The notes under the pieces were generated by a model. It made no database searches and was not told the DNA's origin. It saw only the letters and a program-made list of their open reading frames with translations. A stretch of DNA of 64,000 nt, taken from the IMG/VR virus record IMGVR_UViG_3300032214_001486, positions 40,975 to 104,974 of that record. One strand, written 5' to 3'. Shown in pieces: positions 29,847 through 39,744 of the stretch (position 1 is the first letter of the stretch; every line of letters starts with the position of its first letter). Origin of the DNA: a virus. The position numbers and the translations under genes are program-made.

Positions 29847-32800
29847 CGGTGCCGCTTCGGGACTAAGGCGCTGACCCGCCGGGGGTTCTCAGTCACCTTC
29901 CGGTCAACGATCTGGCGCAGCTTAAACTGCCCCGGCTGGACCTTAAACTTGGGAATGTCAGCCAAGGTCAAGGGGGGCACTACAAAAGACCCATCGTTAT
30001 CATCCGTCCGCACCAATCCGTTGTTTTTGAGCACACGCGGGATTGTAACTACCTTAAAGTACCCCGCTTCAATTCCAGCCTTAGCTCTTTCAGCGGGTAA
30101 CCCAGCGGCCTCTAAAGCAGCGTAAGTGGCGGAACCCCCCACACTTTGCAGATACTTGTAGATTTCTCTTTGTTTGGGTCGGGACGTACCGGGATCACGG
30201 ATCGCCTGCACCCCCTTGTCCGTGAACGCATCGTCCTCGGCGGCGGCGTCCCGCACCATCTGTTCGTCAATGATGGTATCTTCTTCTGTTAGACCACTGA
30301 GCCCCTCGATATTGGCCCGCAGAGTCTCCATAAGGTCGGTAGCGTATTCCTCCTCTACTACCTTATCCCCCTTCTCCTGTAATTCTTCAAACTTATCCTC
30401 ACCTACAACGTCACCGATGATCTGCCGCTTCCGCTCGATAAGGGCGTTTAGCTGCTCGTCAATCGTATCCTTGACGACCAAGAATTCAATCGTCACGTCA
30501 CGGGTCTGCGTGTACCGATAAGTACGGTCCTCAGCCTGTTCTTCCCAGGCCGGGACATACCAACGGTCCACAAACAGGGTGTAGTTAGCGCGGGTGAGGG
30601 TGATACCCTCGCGCGCCGCCCGTGTCCCGATGAACACCTTGACCTTGGAGTTATCCCGGTCCTTCTGGAACGCTTCTACTCGACGACGGCGCTCCAAGGG
30701 GGGCACCTTCCCGTCAATATAGACATAGGGGATGCTGCGGGCGTCCAGGGCTTGCCGAATGAGTCCCATATTCTCGTCAAACTCAACAAACACCACAACG
30801 GGGTCGTTAGGGTGCTCTTTCAGCCGCGTAACGATAGTCTCGATGGCGAACGGCGTCTTGACCTTCGCTACTGCCTGCCGGGCAATCAGGTAGACGACAA
30901 AGGCGGTGCCGGCGATCTTCTTGGGGTTGTATTCAAGCTCGTTTGCCATTTCGGTCGCTTGGTAGACCGTAATTTTGCCCTTTCCATCATGGATGAATTT
31001 GAGAGCGGCGTCGATACGCTTCTCCCGAATTCGCTGGATTACTACCTCCAGCACCTTAGCCATTTCTGTGTCGTAAATCTTCCGCTGCGCCGGAGTCAGC
31101 AGGACTTCCCGGTACACACGGGTCTTTTCTCCCAGGCCCAGGGGCACTTGATTTTTCAGGCGGCGGACCATGTAGCACCGGAGCATGACGCCAAGGCGCT
31201 TCCGCAGGTTGTCCACCGTATCAAGCGTGGGGATATTGCCCTTGAAGGACGTGTTTTTCTCCGAGGGTACAAAGTTGTTCGTGTACTTGTAGTAGCCCTC
31301 CCCGTCTAAGGCTTCACCAAAGGCTACCGGGTCCACCATCGAAAGCTGGGGCCACAATTCCTCCAGCTTAGCGTTATCCAGGGCGGTGCCCGACATAACG
31401 ATTGAATACTCGGCCTGATAGGACAGCTCTCGGGCGCCAATGCTGCGAACGCTATCAAATTTCTTGCCGTAGTGAGACTCGTCTACGATCAAGGTCTTGA
31501 TACGGTCGTAGTAACGGGGGCCGTACTTGCTGGTGCTCGACCAACCCATGATGATGAAGTCAGCGTTGCGCTCAGCATCGGTTAGCTCTCCATCCCCTAA
31601 CTTACCCAAAATGGGCCCTGTACCTACGAAAACCTTAGCGCCGGGATACCAACGATCAATCTCCGCAGCCCAATTGTAGAGCACGCTGGACGGGCACACG
31701 ACTACAACGGGGAGTGTTTGCGGCGCCCTCATGCGGACAGCCGTGATCGCCTGCACGGTCTTACCTAAGCCCATCGCGTCGCCGATCAACGCCCGGCCCC
31801 CGCGCAGCCATACATACGCAGCCCCGATCTTCTGATACTCCATAAGGCCCATCATTTTAGGCCCGCCGGGGTAGTCTTTGTTAAGGTACTGCATCTTGTC
31901 CCAATCATACATATTCTCAATCTGAGCACGCTCCGGTTGAGGTATATCGGAGAATTTGGCCGCAGCGGCCACAGGGAACGCCTTGGGGCAATTGAGCATA
32001 TAGGCGGACAACAGAGCAATCCGCATCGTGTAGGACAACACGAATTCATTAGACAAGTCAAGGGCGCGGGCAAGGCGCGGCACATAGCCGGCCCGGATCT
32101 CACCCAGAACAACCGGGACCGGAAACGGCGCATACTTCAGGTTTTCTTTCAAGTCAATTCGCTTGCCCCAGCCGGGCATGAGTTCATATGTATCTTCCCC
32201 ATACCCGGTCTGAGCCAAGTTAGCCGAGTAGTAGTTGAGAATGACCTCCTTTTGGTACTGCCCTGTCTCCTTGTCTACTATCTTGTTCCCCCTAATGTCT
32301 GTCCGGTACTTGGCGTACAGGAACCAACCGCAAATTTCACTCACGTTGTCTGTGCCAATAATGACGATCTTACTCTTTGTCGCGTCTGTAGCAGCCGCCA
32401 GAGCACGCAAACCCCAGGCGTCCCCCAATTGCGGTATGAAATCGGTGCCCACCATAGAGGTAGGTACGACAAACACACCCCGACAGGCAGAGAACGAAGG
32501 TTCTGTCAATTCTTTGGCTACAGCAGCAATTGTGTCAATCGACCGACTCCAAGAAGGCAGGGGAGTTTCACCCTTAAACCCGGAGGATTGAATTTTGCTT
32601 TGGCTCTGCTCTCGCGCGTCTCCCCCTTTAATCCGTACCATTTCTGCGGCCTTGTCCTCCTTGGGCAGAAGGCGGGACCACTGGTACACAAACGAAAGAT
32701 CGCGCACAATCTGTTTGCTGTCCCCACTCACCAATTCTTCCCAGGTGTCGTGGAGCTTGGGTGTCATTGTGCTCAAATCAACAGTTTCTCCTCCACCCAA

Positions 32801-34273
32801 CGCAAGGCGCCGGGGCGCCCTGGCTGTGTATACTTCCTTCTCGATCCCCTGGGGAGTGACCATCTGCCCAGGGCTTAGCTGTACCTGGGCATCGAGCCCG
32901 GCCTTTTCCCAAGCCTCGGCAAGAGCAGGCAGGTAAGCGAAAACGGCCGGGATCTCTTTCAAGTCCCCCTCAGAGTCCGCGCCTTCTCGCCATTCTTGCA
33001 GGAATACGGCAAGCTGCGTGGGCGTTGTCGGGACAAGCACCTTATACTTGTCTACCGTCAGGCGCTTACCATATCGGTTAAAATAGCCAGAGAACGAAAA
33101 CAGCGCCGATACCGACTCACCGGGTAGACCGCCCCGCTTTTGGAACCGATCTCGGGTTGTGAGCCCGACCATAACCCCCGCGGGGGTTACCTCCCAAGAA
33201 AAGGCCGGGTGCCTTTGGTCAGGCGCGTAGTATTCGCCCTGGTGCAAGGCACCAGTAACCTTCCCCGTCGCGGGCCGGGGTAGCCGGGCAGATTGCTTAC
33301 TCCCCTTTTTGATCTGCCGGGGCGCAGGAGCCTTAGCTGCTTGCTCAGTCCACCCTTCCCAAGAAGTCTGCAAGCGATCAGCGGCGTTGGGGTATTGATC
33401 CCGCAGGTAGTCAATAAGTAGCGGTACTTCCTTGATCGAAATGTCGAGATACCAATTCTTGTATCCGCCCTTCTCCTCGGCTCGGGGCACGGCGTTGCCC
33501 CCAGCCTCGTTGATGGCGTTTTGAGCGGTAAACAGGTCTAAGGTCTTTGTAGATAGCGACAAGTACCCTGTTTTGGGGTCATAGCGCCAATTGAGGTTCC
33601 CGGTCTTGGTCAGAGGGATAGAGCCTCGGGCCAACGGTGTCCGCGAATAGATGTGGAAGTCCTGCTCGTCGGGCTTCTTGGCCCCAGGTTTCGTCAGCCG
33701 TGCGGGCTTTAAGTAATTCTCTAAGGTGCGGACAGCCCCCATCACCGCTTGGCGGGGTAGCTGAGTCTTGCTGTGTGTAATCAGCAGCCGGGCTGCGTAC
33801 AGATAATCTTGATCGTCTGCATAGCCGCCGGCCACGCGGGAGAGGAAAGCCCGCAGCGCCCCGTTTGTGGCTAAAGAGAACCCAGCGTCATCGTTATACG
33901 GCTTGGGTAGCGGGGGCGGGAGAACTGCAAGGTCAGCTACCATCCCGACAACCGCATCCTTTGCGGCTTGCACGTTAGGGTAAGTGTAGACCGCCTCGTT
34001 GGACACCTGAGCAATCGAGCCCGTAGTCTTGCGAATTACCCGCTTTTCGCGTAATTCATTCTTCTTCTCTTTCAAGGCATTAAACAGCGCCTTTTGAATT
34101 CGCTCTTGGTGTGCAAAGTAGTACGCCCTTAGTGGGCCGGTCAACCTCGACTCTAACCGCTCGATTAGATCCAGAACGGTTACAGAGAACAAGGCCGGGG
34201 GATTATGGCCCGGAATGGAGGGAACGGGGGGCTCCCCCACGGGGCTTTCCATTTCGCTGTCGTTGCGGCGCAT
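29843..34273 (-). CDS. large multidomain SNF2-family helicase with about 800-aa N-terminal extension
   Basis: LMEYQ, DAMGLGKT, DESH, MSGT, EGITL, QAEDRTYR; ATG at 34273 with GGAG RBS (MRRND...). Confidence 0.9.
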   Translation of the reverse strand: MRRNDSEMESPVGEPPVPSIPGHNPPALFSVTVLDLIERLESRLTGPLRAYYFAHQERIQKALFNALKEKKNELREKRVIRKTTGSIAQVSNEAVYTYPNVQAAKDAVVGMVADLAVLPPPLPKPYNDDAGFSLATNGALRAFLSRVAGGYADDQDYLYAARLLITHSKTQLPRQAVMGAVRTLENYLKPARLTKPGAKKPDEQDFHIYSRTPLARGSIPLTKTGNLNWRYDPKTGYLSLSTKTLDLFTAQNAINEAGGNAVPRAEEKGGYKNWYLDISIKEVPLLIDYLRDQYPNAADRLQTSWEGWTEQAAKAPAPRQIKKGSKQSARLPRPATGKVTGALHQGEYYAPDQRHPAFSWEVTPAGVMVGLTTRDRFQKRGGLPGESVSALFSFSGYFNRYGKRLTVDKYKVLVPTTPTQLAVFLQEWREGADSEGDLKEIPAVFAYLPALAEAWEKAGLDAQVQLSPGQMVTPQGIEKEVYTARAPRRLALGGGETVDLSTMTPKLHDTWEELVSGDSKQIVRDLSFVYQWSRLLPKEDKAAEMVRIKGGDAREQSQSKIQSSGFKGETPLPSWSRSIDTIAAVAKELTEPSFSACRGVFVVPTSMVGTDFIPQLGDAWGLRALAAATDATKSKIVIIGTDNVSEICGWFLYAKYRTDIRGNKIVDKETGQYQKEVILNYYSANLAQTGYGEDTYELMPGWGKRIDLKENLKYAPFPVPVVLGEIRAGYVPRLARALDLSNEFVLSYTMRIALLSAYMLNCPKAFPVAAAAKFSDIPQPERAQIENMYDWDKMQYLNKDYPGGPKMMGLMEYQKIGAAYVWLRGGRALIGDAMGLGKTVQAITAVRMRAPQTLPVVVVCPSSVLYNWAAEIDRWYPGAKVFVGTGPILGKLGDGELTDAERNADFIIMGWSSTSKYGPRYYDRIKTLIVDESHYGKKFDSVRSIGARELSYQAEYSIVMSGTALDNAKLEELWPQLSMVDPVAFGEALDGEGYYKYTNNFVPSEKNTSFKGNIPTLDTVDNLRKRLGVMLRCYMVRRLKNQVPLGLGEKTRVYREVLLTPAQRKIYDTEMAKVLEVVIQRIREKRIDAALKFIHDGKGKITVYQATEMANELEYNPKKIAGTAFVVYLIARQAVAKVKTPFAIETIVTRLKEHPNDPVVVFVEFDENMGLIRQALDARSIPYVYIDGKVPPLERRRRVEAFQKDRDNSKVKVFIGTRAAREGITLTRANYTLFVDRWYVPAWEEQAEDRTYRYTQTRDVTIEFLVVKDTIDEQLNALIERKRQIIGDVVGEDKFEELQEKGDKVVEEEYATDLMETLRANIEGLSGLTEEDTIIDEQMVRDAAAEDDAFTDKGVQAIRDPGTSRPKQREIYKYLQSVGGSATYAALEAAGLPAERAKAGIEAGYFKVVTIPRVLKNNGLVRTDDNDGSFVVPPLTLADIPKFKVQPGQFKLRQIVDRKVTENPRRVSALVPKRHR

Positions 34274-34339
34274 AGGCACTCCAGGGTAAGACAAGGGCAA
34301 GGCAGGGCCTTTCGCGGTTACCCTACCATAGACGCATAT

Positions 34340-34371
34340 AGCCCGCAACCCCCTTTCGAGGGCTGCGGGCT
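34340..34371 (-). terminator. hairpin downstream of the GHKL gene
   Basis: AGCCCGCA...TGCGGGCT stem. Confidence 0.45.
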
Positions 34372-34394
34372 GCGGGCTTAGGGGCAGACTTGGC

Positions 34395-37064
34395 TTAGGC
34401 CCTTTTCAGCCATTCGATTGTGTCAAGGCGGCCGTCCTGCTCCAGCGTTTCGATCAATTGCTGGTAGCACTTGGGGCACGACTGCGCGACCTTTAGCTCT
34501 TGGCGTAGCTTCTGCTCTGCGGTCTGGATCGACTGACGCTCGGGGTCAGGTATATCCAAAACCACAGACAACAGGCGGCTGAACGCCGGGATCAAGGGGT
34601 AGGTGCGGAAAGCTATATCCTCTCGGATAATCGAAAATCCCTCGTCGTGACCCTCCCCGTGACTAACTCCGTAGACGTAGTGGGCTAACTCGTGGCAGAT
34701 CAGGCCGTGCAGGTACGCTGCTAAGTCCCGAGAGTTGTTATACCCTTTTTTCGCCTCCTTGAAGAAGAAGGGGTTTACTCCAATTGTGCTGATCTTGGAG
34801 ATGTAGATAGCAATAACATCGTCGTTAAGGACGAAGCCGGGGTATACCCGTCCCGTCACCTGCCCATAAGTGTCGATCACCATGCGAAGAAGTTGATCCC
34901 ATAGAACAAGCACAGGAAGATACTTAGCGTACTCTTTCTTGAATTTCCGGGCGCCCTCCGAATTATACTTGCCGTCTTTGTTGAGAAATTGCTTTCGACT
35001 AATCAGTAAGCCCGCGAAAGCCCCAAAGGGGTTGCCAAAGAGGCGCTGACGTTTCGCGTCGTCAATATCGTATTGATCTACCAGACCAAAGCGCAGCAGG
35101 TCGTTTAGAACGTCTGTCAAGGCGGACTCAACGCTGAGGGCGAAGCTGATACCGCCTACTTCCGGCCGCGCTGCGTTGTCCTGTACGGTATCCAATGCCT
35201 GATACAGCAGATTTAGATCAGCCAGATATAGGTGGTATGGGTGTCTTAGTTGCTCGGCCAAGATAGAGAATACATCGCGGTGTATCTCGCTATACCGTTT
35301 TTTGCCTGCAATTTCATTGTACGCTTTGAGGTAGTCCGTCAGAACAGTGACGCTGATCCGGTAAATTTCTATGGGGTCCACTCTCCGCTGCTCTGCTTCC
35401 CTGATTTCGTCCTCTTGGTCTAAGGCTTTATCCATCGCCTTTTCAGTCGGCGTGGCTACCCGTTGTGGGCTTTGGGGTGTCTCTGGCACATGATCCGACG
35501 CTACATCACCGGCTTTTTCTTCGCGTACTTGTGCTTTGAGCTTAGCCCCCAGCTTTCGCTCCCCCCCTGCGGCTTGTTCTTTGCGGAAATCGCGGGCAAC
35601 CTTAGCTCCCGCCTGAACAATGCTAAGTAAGTCAGCGTCGCCCAAAGCCTCAGCGACTTTTTTCTGAATTTCCTCTTGTTCCGGCGGCATAGTCGAAGAT
35701 GCGCGCGGGTCGTACATTTCGTCCTCTTTGTCCTCTTTGACCGTTACTTTCTTCTCACAGAAGTCACGGAAAGAGTTAAAGGCGCTATGCTCGGCGCGTG
35801 TGTTGAATTTGTCCCGCCCGGTGTTAAAGGGGTATCCCTCGGTCCCCGGCACACCCGACCTTCCTTGCAGCGCGGACAGCCCCGGAGAGTCTAAATCTAC
35901 TGTCATCCCTCGACGCCCATCAAAGTAAGGGGTGACAACCTCACCATTAAGGGTTAAGGTAATGTCCGGCAGATTATTGAGGGCCAGCAGTCTGCGAATT
36001 CGGACTTCAATGGGGTCATAATCCTCAACGACGGTGTAACCGTCTTTATTTAGGTAACTCACTCGGTCAAAGTGAGGCACCTTAAAGACAGTTAGCTCTA
36101 CGCCGGCAACGTAGGGCATACCCGTTTCAATGGGTTCCTGCTTGTTTAACTGCTCAGAAGTAACGAACAAGTCTTGGGTCCGAATTTCCCACGACCTGTC
36201 CGCAGAGCAGCCAAGGATAACAGCCTTGGCTACACCAAAACCTCCCGTTGTGCCCGAAGTCGCATAGTCCAGCGTATAGTCATAATCTAAGGTCTTGTCA
36301 TAAGACTTTTTTGGCTGCTGGAATTGAAGCAAGCCATTGAGCCTAATGTAGTAAGCGCCGTCATTTGCGTTGAGCCCCCGCTTGTATCTCCGCACAGCTA
36401 AACTAATGGAGGCATCAAAGTCCCCGCGGGCCAAGGCTTCGTTGTACTTATCGCTTTCCCCGATGCTAAGGAAAGATTGGATAATCTTTGCGTCCATGCC
36501 CGTGCCGTTGTCTCGAAAGATCAACGCGTTTTGGGTACGGTCTACCACCACATCAAAACGGCCCTCTCCCTTCTTGATTTTGCGCTGCTCGACCGCTTTG
36601 CGTATCGCATCCACAGAATTTTGTAGGGCCTCGCGCACCGCGAGTAGAGGTAGGTCTTTGCTTTCGTAGGTATTTTTAGTAAGTAGCTCCCACATGCGCG
36701 GTATGTTCGCCCCGTAAGCCAAAACCGGGCCCTTACCGTTGCGGCGCAGGCGGCGCAGGTGGCGCAGGACGGCGACCGGGTTGGTGCGGGCGTCTACCGC
36801 TGCGGCTGCTTGCTTGGGCGTGCGGCGTACACCCGCCTTCACCACCTCGATATGCTGCTGGCGAGTCAACGCAGGGGCCATGCCCCGCAGACGAGCACGA
36901 GCCCGGACGCGAACCGGGTCCATCTGATCCAACATCGCTTGCAGCAGCCCCAGGTAGGGCTTTAACTCAGGATTGGTCGAGATACCGGGGATCTCCCGCT
37001 CGGCGTACTGCAAAAACTCTTGCGTCGTCATCGCACGGGTGTCTTGTGCTGGTGTCCAAGCCAT
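34395..37064 (-). CDS. GHKL (HSP90/MORC-like) ATPase fused to a C-terminal HExxH metallopeptidase-like domain
   Basis: REALQNSVDA, DNGTGM, SIGESDK, GGFGVAK; C-terminal ICHELAH...HDEGF. Confidence 0.88.
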   Translation of the reverse strand: MAWTPAQDTRAMTTQEFLQYAEREIPGISTNPELKPYLGLLQAMLDQMDPVRVRARARLRGMAPALTRQQHIEVVKAGVRRTPKQAAAAVDARTNPVAVLRHLRRLRRNGKGPVLAYGANIPRMWELLTKNTYESKDLPLLAVREALQNSVDAIRKAVEQRKIKKGEGRFDVVVDRTQNALIFRDNGTGMDAKIIQSFLSIGESDKYNEALARGDFDASISLAVRRYKRGLNANDGAYYIRLNGLLQFQQPKKSYDKTLDYDYTLDYATSGTTGGFGVAKAVILGCSADRSWEIRTQDLFVTSEQLNKQEPIETGMPYVAGVELTVFKVPHFDRVSYLNKDGYTVVEDYDPIEVRIRRLLALNNLPDITLTLNGEVVTPYFDGRRGMTVDLDSPGLSALQGRSGVPGTEGYPFNTGRDKFNTRAEHSAFNSFRDFCEKKVTVKEDKEDEMYDPRASSTMPPEQEEIQKKVAEALGDADLLSIVQAGAKVARDFRKEQAAGGERKLGAKLKAQVREEKAGDVASDHVPETPQSPQRVATPTEKAMDKALDQEDEIREAEQRRVDPIEIYRISVTVLTDYLKAYNEIAGKKRYSEIHRDVFSILAEQLRHPYHLYLADLNLLYQALDTVQDNAARPEVGGISFALSVESALTDVLNDLLRFGLVDQYDIDDAKRQRLFGNPFGAFAGLLISRKQFLNKDGKYNSEGARKFKKEYAKYLPVLVLWDQLLRMVIDTYGQVTGRVYPGFVLNDDVIAIYISKISTIGVNPFFFKEAKKGYNNSRDLAAYLHGLICHELAHYVYGVSHGEGHDEGFSIIREDIAFRTYPLIPAFSRLLSVVLDIPDPERQSIQTAEQKLRQELKVAQSCPKCYQQLIETLEQDGRLDTIEWLKRA

Positions 37065-37068
37065 AGGA

Positions 37069-37542
37069 TTAGGCCCCCATCTGAGTAGCAAGGTCAAACA
37101 AACGAGAAACAGCAGACGGCGCGCTGGCGACCTCCGCCGGGACAGTCACTTGGCCCCGCTTGCGTTCACCGGGGGTCATATTGCGTATGTCTGTGAAGAT
37201 ACTGAGTACCTGGGCAGCCTTTGTGGGGTCTTGCTCCCACATACCCAAGGTCACTTCCGCCAGCTTATCCAGCCGTTTGAGCAGCGCAGCATCGACGGGC
37301 AGCGTGCCTCGACTCACAGCCAGCCGGAGAGCCTGTACGTTGCTCAGCATGGACGGAAGCGTGGTCGGGGGCCGACCGCGCAGGCTGACAATATCCTTGG
37401 GGGCTGCGGTGCGGGCTTCCCAGGTAGTCTTGACGTACTTGGCCCAATACGCCTTGTTTTGCTGCAAATGAGCAGACAAGTAAGGCGCGCGTTGGGCGAC
37501 CGTAGCCAATACAGCATTGACTTGATCTTTGGTGAGGATCAT
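37069..37542 (-). CDS. hypothetical protein
   Basis: AGGAG RBS; promoter TTGACC-N18-TATGAT at 37562-37591. Confidence 0.7.
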   Translation of the reverse strand: MILTKDQVNAVLATVAQRAPYLSAHLQQNKAYWAKYVKTTWEARTAAPKDIVSLRGRPPTTLPSMLSNVQALRLAVSRGTLPVDAALLKRLDKLAEVTLGMWEQDPTKAAQVLSIFTDIRNMTPGERKRGQVTVPAEVASAPSAVSRLFDLATQMGA

Positions 37543-37612
37543 GGAGCACTCCTGAGCCCGCATCATAGCCCAGCGGTGGGTTTTAGGTCAAGGGGTACGG
37601 CTAAAACAGAAT

Positions 37613-37640
37613 AACGCCCGCGGTTTGTGCCGCAGGCGTT
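37613..37640 (-). terminator. rho-independent terminator ending the structural operon
   Basis: AACGCC-GCGG/CCGC-GGCGTT stem followed by ATTCTGTTTT on the minus strand. Confidence 0.6.
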
Positions 37641-37676
37641 ACCTGGGGGTCTATGCCCTGGGGGCTATCTCTGCAA

Positions 37677-39146
37677 TCAGCGACGACGGCGGGGGTTCGA
37701 CTTGACGTTCTCGCCCAGCATTTCGTCAATGACTTCGTTGATCAGCTTCTTGATCTCCGCTTCCAATTGAGCGTCGCTCATGCCCTCGCCCGACACAGCC
37801 GGGCCGCGGGAAACCGGCGCGACGACCGGAGCGGAGACAACGGGCGACGGCGCAGGCGCGGGAGCCTCGGGGATAACCGGGGCCGGCGGCGTTGTCTCGA
37901 TGATCGCCTTGGCGACTTCGGGCGAACCCGCAGCAGCAGGACGAATGGCGGCCAGCAGAAGTACAATGTTCTTTTTGATGTTTTCGATAAACTCTTTTTG
38001 GAATTCCGCTTTGGTCTGGTTTTCTTTGGGCGCAGCCTTGGCCGCGTAACGGGCAAGACCAGCATAAACCTTATCTACCTCAGAAGGTGTACCCCCCTTC
38101 CGTTTGATCATTTCGCGTAGGGCGGCCTCGATTGCGGGTGTAATATCCACAGGATTACGCCGGGCACCGTTAGAACGTGTCAGACGGTTACGGGGGTTCC
38201 CCAGGATCTTAGCAAAGGCCGCGTCAATCTCAGCCTGTTCGCGCTCGGCCTCTGTCATTTCCGGCGCAGCCGCAGGGGCAGGTACAGCAGACGACTCATT
38301 CATAGCAGCCAAAAGGAGATCAGACCCGTCATCTTCCTCGACGGCTTCGGCCTCGGGGGGCAGCGGCGAAGGCTGGGAGTCTACAATGTCCACGTCTACG
38401 CCGGCCTTATTGGCGATCTGCTCCACCGTATCGGCCACGTTCTCGGAAATGGCCTGGGCCTGCTCGGCGGCGGCCGTCGCATCCTGGGCCGCAGCTACGG
38501 TCACCGGGACCGCATCGGCGGGCTTTTGCTTGCGGGTCCGGGTGACCTTTTCCGCACCCTCCACGACAGCGGCGGCGTTGTTCGTCACGCCCTGTAGACG
38601 CTTGGCCGCCTCTAACTGCGTTTTAAGATCCTCCAACGCCTGCGAGTACGCCACGGGAGGGCGGCCAACACGGGCAGGGAGGGCAGTCCAATCCTTGCCT
38701 GCGCTCGTCTTAAAGACCTTTTTTTGCAGCTCAGCGATGTTCCGCTCGATAGCCGCTACCGAGTCGGTCGTGTCCTGCTGCTTTGTCTCAACGACCGCCG
38801 CGGCGGCCTTTGTAATCTTGGCCGCAGCCTTTTGACCCTGGGCCTCGGTCAGATTGACGGTCGGAGTCGGCGGAGGGGAAACAGCCTCCTGCACCGCGGG
38901 GCTTTGCATACCCCCAGCCATAAAGTCCCTGTGGTATTCGCCGCCGGGAAGGAAGGCATTTTCGTCCAGGTTATTGTACGCGGCCAGCCACTTTAGGTAG
39001 GTCGCAACCGCACCAGGGGCCGGGTTGCGGCGGCTCTTTGGGTTGGCGCGGGGTATCCAAGAGGGCGGCGGCTGGGCCGTCCAGGCCGAGCTAACCGACA
39101 CCCACCGCTCTCCACGCTGTTCGTGACTGCTGTTCCGACGAGCCAT
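37677..39146 (-). CDS. putative virion core protein with multiple RxN(P) motifs
   Basis: RRNS, RANP, RRNP, RSNG, RRNP, KSNPRRRR; AT-hook-like VGRPP; GGAGGT RBS. Confidence 0.65.
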   Translation of the reverse strand: MARRNSSHEQRGERWVSVSSAWTAQPPPSWIPRANPKSRRNPAPGAVATYLKWLAAYNNLDENAFLPGGEYHRDFMAGGMQSPAVQEAVSPPPTPTVNLTEAQGQKAAAKITKAAAAVVETKQQDTTDSVAAIERNIAELQKKVFKTSAGKDWTALPARVGRPPVAYSQALEDLKTQLEAAKRLQGVTNNAAAVVEGAEKVTRTRKQKPADAVPVTVAAAQDATAAAEQAQAISENVADTVEQIANKAGVDVDIVDSQPSPLPPEAEAVEEDDGSDLLLAAMNESSAVPAPAAAPEMTEAEREQAEIDAAFAKILGNPRNRLTRSNGARRNPVDITPAIEAALREMIKRKGGTPSEVDKVYAGLARYAAKAAPKENQTKAEFQKEFIENIKKNIVLLLAAIRPAAAGSPEVAKAIIETTPPAPVIPEAPAPAPSPVVSAPVVAPVSRGPAVSGEGMSDAQLEAEIKKLINEVIDEMLGENVKSNPRRRR

Positions 39147-39205
39147 AAGTACCTCCAAAGCGAAATCGAAGTGTCCCTAACCCGGTTCAGGGCGCACGCA
39201 AGGCA

Positions 39206-39715
39206 TCATCGCACCCGCGAGGCCCGGCGTCTATACCCTTTGCGGGCCTTGTTTGCCTTGACGGTCGCAGTTTTAGGGCCCCCGGCCTTCGCTTGCACCG
39301 CTAATGCCGCCGCTTGGATTATTTCGTCCCCGTGCTCTTTTAACTGCTCGGCGACTAAGGAAGCAAGGGCCTTGGCCCGGTCGTCGTCAGACAGAAACAG
39401 CCGCGCAGCCGGGTTGAGGGTCGAGAGCTTGCGTAAAATCTCAATCTGCCTTTCCGGGGTCGCTGCTACGAATTCATCCACATGCCCCTGTACTTTCTTG
39501 ATTACTGTGGGCAGAACAAGGGGGAGAATTGCACGCGCCGCTGCGACTAAGGCAGGATGGTTGGCACGAACCGGGGGAAGGGGGGAGCCCACCACGATCA
39601 CATCAAGACCAGGGCGTTTAAGGGCGGCGGCGTCTAACAAGGCATCGGCCTTGTTTTTGTACGGGCCGACGTTCCCGTAAGCGTTCCCATTTTTTCTGAT
39701 CTCGATGCGATACAT
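39206..39715 (-). CDS. putative basic core protein
   Basis: RKNG, RANH, KANK motifs; basic tail. Confidence 0.6.
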   Translation of the reverse strand: MYRIEIRKNGNAYGNVGPYKNKADALLDAAALKRPGLDVIVVGSPLPPVRANHPALVAAARAILPLVLPTVIKKVQGHVDEFVAATPERQIEILRKLSTLNPAARLFLSDDDRAKALASLVAEQLKEHGDEIIQAAALAVQAKAGGPKTATVKANKARKGYRRRASRVR

Positions 39716-39744
39716 GGTGGGCTCCCAAGGTGCGACGGCTTACT

